The position numbers and the translations under genes were made by a program. 64,000 bases of DNA from Scyliorhinus canicula. Taxonomy: Eukaryota. The first letter of the stretch is position 1; every line of letters begins with the position of its first letter. Positions 57,163 through 64,000 of this stretch are shown here, piece after piece. The stretch lies in the NCBI RefSeq assembly GCF_902713615.1, contig NC_052149.1, forward strand, positions 232,846,069-232,910,068, in the 5' to 3' direction. The notes under the pieces are model-generated. The model worked only from the letters and a program-made list of their open reading frames with translations, did not search any database and was not told where the DNA came from.

Positions 57163-60100
57163 GAGCCGACTGGCCTCCAATTTGTTATATCATTCTTATA
57201 TTCCTACATAATCCATACAATCTCTACAGCGCAGGTGGCCATTTGGCCCATTGAGTCTGCTCCGACCATCCAAAGGAGCATCCTACCTAGGCCACTTCCC
57301 CGCCCTATCCCTGTAACCCCACCTATATTTGGAATCTTTGGCATATCTTTGGACACTAAGGGGCAATTTATCATGGCCAACCCACTTAACCTGCACAGCT
57401 TTGGACTGTGGGAGGAAACTGGAGGAAACCCACGCAGACATGGGGAGAACGTGCAAACTCCACACAGTCACCCAAAGCTGGAATTGAATCCTGACCTCTT
57501 TCGCTGTGAGGCAGCAGTGCTAACCACTGTGCCATTGTGCCGCCCGTGCATTCATGCAAGAATTTACAAAGTAGATGCTCTACACATCAATGATGCCGTT
57601 ACCGTGTACACAGAGCCCCAATCAGAGTCTTACTTACCTTCATTTTAACCTCACTTAACGCCATCACCCTTGATTTACACTGGATACATTTCATCTTGTT
57701 GCACAGCCTCAGGCTCCACATAACTGGGGCTGTTACTAAGGGAATGACACAGATTACGACGTGAGATGGTAGAAGTGTTTAAAACGCTGAAAAAATGGGC
57801 CAAAGTAGATAGAAGCAGTCTTTATACATGGATCGGATGGGTAGAGAGGGAAATGGCACAAGGAGGTAGGTGCTGAGGATTTTGACCAGTACAGGCTTGG
57901 AGGGCTGAAGGGCCTGTTCCTGCGCTGTATTGTTCTTTGTTCTCTTTCTTCAGATAGTTTCTAATCATTGAAGAGTGAAAAATGAGCAGCCGTAGGTGCA
58001 AGATTAAATGTAAGGGTCTTCGAACGCAGTCTGAGTTAAACCTTTGCATACACAGAGTTGTGAGGCTGATCGATCATCTCCCGGGTTAGTAATTGAGGCA
58101 GAAATTAAATCAACATTCAAGATTATCATAGATCATAGAATTTACAGTGCAGAAGGAGGCCATTCAACCCATCGAGTCTGCACCGGCTCTTGGAAAGAGC
58201 ACCCTACCCAAGGTCAACATCTCCACCCTATCCCCATAACCCAGTAACTCCACCCAACACTAAGGGCAATTTTGGACAGTAAGGTCAATTTATCATGGCC
58301 AAGTCACCTAACAGCACGTCTTTCGGGACTTGTGGGAGGAAACCGGAGCACCCGGAGGAAACCCACGCAGACACGGGGAGGATGTGCAGACTCCGCACAG
58401 ACAGTGACCCAAGCCGGAATCGAACCTGGGACCCTGGAGCTGTGAAGCGATTGTGCTATCCACAATGCTACCATGCTGCCCAGATTGGGAACATGGATGA
58501 AGTGAAAGAGGTTGAAGTGAAATGGGAACATGGATAGTAAATGTGTTTAGAACCATTTGCTGTGGATATGAATAAACGTGAACACTGAGTGGTTAGGCCA
58601 CAAATTGCTGTTTCTATGTTGTAACTTCTGTTTACTTCTAAACTTGTCGTGTGAATACACTGGTCAAGGACATGGATTACAATAGTTCTTCACCTTCTCT
58701 TCTGTAGTTAAAGCAAACTCAGCACTTACTATAGCTCCTGACTCTGGTGTCTGCCTAGTCTTAAGGGGTGGAGGGGGTCATTGCTTTTTACTAGCGGCTG
58801 AGAGTTGGTATAGAATTGAGGTCATTGGTCAATATTGAATAGAGATCTCTGGTGGCCTTCACAGCCTGTGGTTACCCATTTTTAACCATCACCATTGATG
58901 GCTATCCCATCATTTGATACAAACCAGCCAACAGATCATCCAAATTACTTCACCTTGGATGCCAGGGACTTTTCCTTTAGTCTGAAGCCTTGCGAAGGGC
59001 TTTTTTCAAATCCTTCTTGAATATTGACATTATTTAGAAGCCATCAGCCTACCAGCTTCTCTTGACTCACGCTGATGCGGTCGCTGATTGAAAACGCTCC
59101 TTGAAAAAGACCCAGTGAGGAACGAAGGATCAGAGTATGGGAAATCTCAGATTGTATTCAGATGGACAGCCAACTGTCCATCCTCAAATCTAATTCTCGA
59201 GACGTAATGGGGTCGATACAGAGTGAGGGTGGGGGTCATGACTTCAGGTCTGAGATTTGCTTTGTTGATAATATGTGGATAATCTCACTATTCCGGTCAC
59301 GCCCTAAGACATTGGTAACCATGGGCCTCCGTTGTGTTGGTCCATCTGTAAGCTCGGCAAAGCACTGCAGCGATTTGCCATTGCCTCTTGCAGTATCGCT
59401 GAGCAGGAATCTCTCCCACTCTTACCGCCTGCCTTCAGGAGTAATGGAAGGATTTACAGGCTGATAATTAACCTGTTTGGAAAGTTATGAATGCACCTTC
59501 CGTGGCCTCCAAGTCCTGGAATAGATTCATAGAATCGTAAAATATAGAAAAGGCCCTTCGGCCCCATCAAGCCTGCCCGAGATAAAATAAACTACTCGAA
59601 CCTGCACTAATCCCACTTCCCAGCACTTGGCCCATTGCCTTGACTGTTATGACATTGGAAATGCACATCCAAGTGTTTCTTAAAGATTGTGACGTCTCCT
59701 GCCCGTTCTACCCTCCCAGGCAGTGCATTCCAGACTCCCACCACCCTCTGGGTGAAAACACTTTTCCTCACACCCCCTCTAAACCACCTACGTTTCACCT
59801 TAAAACTATCCCCCCTTGCTACTGACTCTTCAAATAAGGGGAACAGCTGCTTTCTATCCACCCTGTCCATGCCCCTCATCTTTTACACAATCAGCCCCCC
59901 CTCAGCCTTCTTTGCTCCAAGGAAAGAAGCCCAGCCTATCTGCCCTCTCTTCATAGTTAAAATGCTCCGTCCCAGGTAACATCCTGGTGAATCTCCTCTG
60001 CACCCTCTCCAGTGCAATCACCTCCTTCCGATAGTGCGGTTCTTGGAGTGGGACGTGAACCCAGAGCCTCTGGCTGAGAGATAGGAACGCAGCCCACTGC

Positions 60101-60253
60101 CCCACAAGATGTCCAGCAATTAGCATCAGACTTTCTGAATCATCAGTCCTTATTACGTGCCCAAGAAATTCTAACTGCTTCCAACTCAGTTGTAAGCCTT
60201 CGTACCTCAATAAACAATCTTTCCTAAACAAATAATGTTAAAGGTACCTTGCA

Positions 60254-60936
60254 TCAAGAATCAGGGGAAGGTAGCCAAGGCATGAAAGGGAGAGATAGAC
60301 TGGGAGGGAGGGAGGGAGGGAGGGAGGGAGGGAGGGAGGGACGGAGGGAGGGGGGAGGAAGGGGGGGGGGACGGCTAAACCTGAGGAAAGAAAGGCGAAC
60401 CGTGGAGGGGGGGCGGGGGGGCAAGAGAGGAGAACCAGCGGGGGGGGGGGGGGGGCAGGGAAACGGGAGCCGGAAGGAATGCACGGGATACCAAAACGTG
60501 CATGACATCTCCAGGAGCGGGGAACGAGGAAAATAAAGATGGAGGACGGGAGGAGCAGCAGAAGCGGAGGCGAGCGCGAGACGGCAGCGAGATCCGTCCG
60601 GGAGAAGCAGGCGACAACAACACGAAACACAGCCAAGTATCGCCCACTGTAATTATCTCCCCGGCACACAAATACTCAAATGTATATTTGCCCCCCCCCC
60701 CCCCCGCAAACAGTCGCCTACTTACGTGGTGTAAATAATTTTGCCAGGTGTACAGAGCTCCCGCTGTCGAGCTGGTGCACAATACCCTACCTGTTATTCT
60801 ATTTCATATTTTATTGTATTATATGTTGGGGTGTGCCCTTCTCTTCTAGATGTGTGATATATATATATGTTTCTTATTCTGTGTACATAACGGTAATTAT
60901 ACCTTGTTCAAAAACCCAATAAAAAAACATTTATAA
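60254..60936 (+). mobile_element. Retroposed insertion (L1-like 3'UTR) at an APBB3 splice donor
   Basis: AATAAA plus A-rich tail, 14-bp TSD aaaggtaccttgca (60240-60253, 60937-60950), TT|AAAG target resembling the L1 endonuclease consensus. Confidence 0.8.
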
Positions 60937-60944
60937 AAAGGTAC

Positions 60945-61032
60945 CTTGCAGAGGCAGGTCGGCTGAGCAGATACCCTCCTCCGTTCCCACGACATTGGGG
61001 GAGTCACTCGTCATTGCTCGCTCTGCCATGAT
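60945..61032 (-). CDS. APBB3: APBB3 exon (IMAERAMTSDSPNVVGTEEGICSADLPLQ+V), PTB1-PTB2 linker
   Basis: ttgcag|...|gtacct; 88 nt, phase 0/1; IMAER...DLPxQ is the Fe65-family pattern. Confidence 0.9.
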
Positions 61033-61890
61033 CTGCAATAAGTTGAAGAAGGTTTCAGATTCTAAGACAGAACAGATTTGGTTAACACGCTGCGAGATGA
61101 TTTATGTTGCTGCTTTAGATCGAGTGGGCGAGAGTTCTGAGGTGATGGATAGTGTAGTTTGAACTTTGAGCAATATCAGTTGAAGTGATCAAATGGCTCT
61201 GAGAATCGGAACATATATCTAAATCGACATTGTCCCCTTTACACTGTTATTTCAAGTTTGAAATGACCCCATCGTGTATGTCCAGACAGACACTGACTGT
61301 CACATTGAAGGATTTACAACTAGCCTATACTTACAGGTTAGCTAGTTGCACACATCACCCTCCACCATTGTTGGGAGATGCAGGATTAGTGGAATTAAAA
61401 ATCCAGAGGCCCAAATTAAAGCCCTGGGGACATGGGTTCAAATCCCACCCCGGCAGCTGGTGTCATTTAAATTCAATTAATAAAATCTGGAATTGAAAAA
61501 AACAAGTCTCAGGAATGGCGAAAATATCACCGATTGTTGTAAAAACCCATCTGGTTCACTGATGTCCTCTAGGGGAGGAAATCGGCCGTCCTTACCTGGC
61601 CTGGCCCACAATGTGACTCCAGACCCACGGCAATGTGGTTGACTCTACACTGCCCCCCTGAAATGGCCGAGCGAGACACTCAGTTCAAGGGCAGTTAGGG
61701 ACGGGCAACAGATGTTGGTGTGGCCAGCGACGCCCACACCCCATAACAGAATTTTACAAAGTTAGATGAGGGACAGCCATGGTGAGCCAGCTCTGAGTGA
61801 GCGAGAGGGTAAAGCAACATTCATTGTCGGGATGAGGAGAACAGAGCCTGGCCTTTACCTTAGTTTGCGTTAGTGATGAAGGGGACTTGC

Positions 61891-62005
61891 CTGGGAGCAC
61901 ATCTGATGGAGGGTGGTGGCGATGGCTTTTGCAGGGGAGTTGCAGTGAAACACGTGGCATTTCAGCATGCACGTGTCCTTGTCGCTCGCCACGTATGCAA
62001 AATCC
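61891..62005 (-). CDS. APBB3: APBB3 PTB1 exon ([39 protein letters not shown])
   Basis: ggtag| acceptor; 115 nt; [19 protein letters not shown] favours APBB3 over APBB1/2; donor is CAG|GCAAGT. Confidence 0.92.
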
Positions 62006-62957
62006 CTACCCGGAGGAAAGAAACAGATTCAACAGTGAACACAGCGAGCACATATCACTTGGCTGGAGAAAATATTGTCCAGGGTTTAACCGTGCCCCTC
62101 ACGGTGCATCTCCCCACCAGCGATTGCAGCAGACCATCTACACTGCTGTTTACTTTGGCAGCACCTCGATATCCCACTGTGCCTGGGGGGTGGGGGGGGG
62201 GGGGGGGGAGCGGCCATAAAGTCCTGGACACTATGTTGAATCATCTGTCCACCTATAGTGTGTCTGCCTCCCCACAGCCTGTCTCCACAGCAATAACTTG
62301 CATTCGTGTCCCAACGCTTCACCCCTCTATTTTTGAAAATACGATTTTCAAACTTTCAACTGACCAGAAACTTTGCAATTTGAAATGAGGCAGAGCAAAC
62401 TACCTAAATATGCAAGGTCACTGAACAAGATGAAGGTGAGAAAAGCAAACAAGACCCCCCCCCCCCCCTCCACCCATCCCACAAAAGAGAGTGTGAAGAG
62501 AGAGACATTTCCAGTCATTCATAGTTCCATCAAAACTCATCGCTGTCAAAGGAAGAGTTTAAGATGGAAAGTTCTGGATATTGAAACAGTTGCTGCCACA
62601 GGCAAACCCACCCCAAACCTGTTGGAAATGCATTGTGGGCAAGAAATAGGGCCAACTCCAGATCCCGAAGGGCGACTTTTGCAAGAGACGTCAGCAGAAG
62701 CGAAAGGCAGAAAAGGATGGAGGTCTCTTTCTCCCTCTCTGTCTCTCTCAGAAGTCAATGTACTGGAAATCTACGAATGAATCAAGATCTGGCAAGAATT
62801 GCAATATCTTCTACAGCTGACAGCATCCAAGAAATCAGTGAACCTAAATCGGCAGCAATGTTTAACAATCTATGCCTCAAGGACAATCAAAGGACTCTTA
62901 AACTGCGTACCTTTTGAGTTTTCCTTACTGGACTCCAAGTTTCCTTATTTCTGATTT

Positions 62958-63335
62958 ATGTGTGTGTGCGTGTCTGTCTGTGTTTGTGTCTCTGTCTGTG
63001 CATGTGTGTACTGCATGGATGTGTGCTTGCCTGTGTGTGTGTGCCTGTGTGTTTGTGTGCATCTGGGCCTGTGTGTGTGTGTGCATCTGGGCCTGTGTGT
63101 GTGTGTGTGTGCATCTGGGCCTGTGGGTGCGTGTGTGTGTGCGCGTGCATCTGGGCCTGTGGGTGCGTGTGTGTGTGCGCGTGCATCTGGGCCTGTGTGT
63201 GTGTGTGTGTGTGCATCTGGGCCTGTGGGTGCGTGTGTGTGTGCGCGTGCATCTGGGCCTGTGGGTGTGTGTGGGTGTGTGCGTGCGTCTGGGCCTGTGG
63301 GTGGGTGTGCTCATGTGTGCGTGAGTGTGAGTTTG
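62958..63335. repeat. (TG)n-based compound repeat punctuated by gcatctgggcct
   Basis: Direct periodicity. Confidence 0.9.
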
Positions 63336-64000
63336 TGACGCCAAGTTTTTTATTTTCCCCTCAGGTTCCGAGGTTAATAAATTTGTTCTTTCTTTAATTC
63401 AAGAAAACCTTTTTTGAGTGGTTCCTTATTAAATAATAAATATATTTTGATTCTGAAAAAGTATATTCTCGTGGAATATACTATGTATACCTTTGTTCAA
63501 CTAACCGAAGAAACTAAATTTGGGGCGGCACAGTGGTTAGCACTGCTGCCTCACCGTGTCAGGGAACCAGGTTCAATTCCAGCCTCGGGTCACTATCTGT
63601 GTGGAGTCTGCACGTTCTCCCTGTGTCTTTGTGGGTTTCCTCCGGGTGCTCCGGTTTCCTCCCACAGTCCAGATGCACAAGTTTGGCCATGCTAAATTGC
63701 CCCTTCGTGCCCAAAGGTGTGCAGGTTAGACGGAGTTACAGGGATATGGCGGGGGAGTGGGGTTAGGTAGGGTACTCTTTCAAAGGGTCGATGCAGACTC
63801 GATGGGCCGAATGGCCTCCTTCTGCACTGTCTGAATTCTTTGATTCTAACAGAGGGTAACCAGTTCACTGCTTCTCACTCAGTCATTACAACAGCTCCTT
63901 TAACATCATAAAATGTCCCATTTTGCCTCACAGGAATGATAATCAAATAACAGTTGACACCGAGCTACTTAAGAAAATATTGGGACAAGTGACTGAAACC

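Noticed and set aside
62404-62420. Candidate APBB3 microexon on the minus strand (ttcag|17 nt|gtagtt) near where Fe65 genes have a 6-nt neural microexon
   Set aside because: 17 nt breaks the frame and the donor is weak; I found no convincing 6-nt exon in 62008-64000.

Overview
Eukaryotic (vertebrate) genomic DNA, very likely from a shark or other elasmobranch, judged from HE1/V-SINE-like and Deu-domain SINEs, CR1, L1 and Rex1-like LINEs. Three spliced host genes, which the ORF track captures only as scattered fragments, can be read directly from the sequence: (1) GEMIN5 coding exon 1 on the minus strand (ATG 2099, donor after 1958; the gene runs off the left edge); (2) a complete 7-exon MRPL22 on the plus strand (6461-21744, 208 aa), head-to-head with GEMIN5; (3) the last six coding exons of APBB3/Fe65L2 on the minus strand (62005 to stop at 40451), convergent with MRPL22. 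The rest is dense, nested transposon sequence (SINEs, LINEs, five solo LTRs, Harbinger-, Tc1/mariner- and hAT-type MITEs) and several minisatellites. The most unusual observations are: a 21-copy tandem amplification of the GEMIN5 exon 1 splice donor that is stop-free in all sense frames; a GEMIN5/MRPL22 intergenic promoter region expanded by satellites around a short CGCG-motif island; a retro-insertion whose target-site duplication copied an APBB3 splice donor; a GC-AG intron; a SINE with a tandemly amplified Pol III A-box; and apparent reciprocal head/tail SINE chimeras. No new enzymatic system is evident. Protein identities rest on my recall of the human orthologues, not on a database search. 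Repeat boundaries without a stated TSD are approximate.
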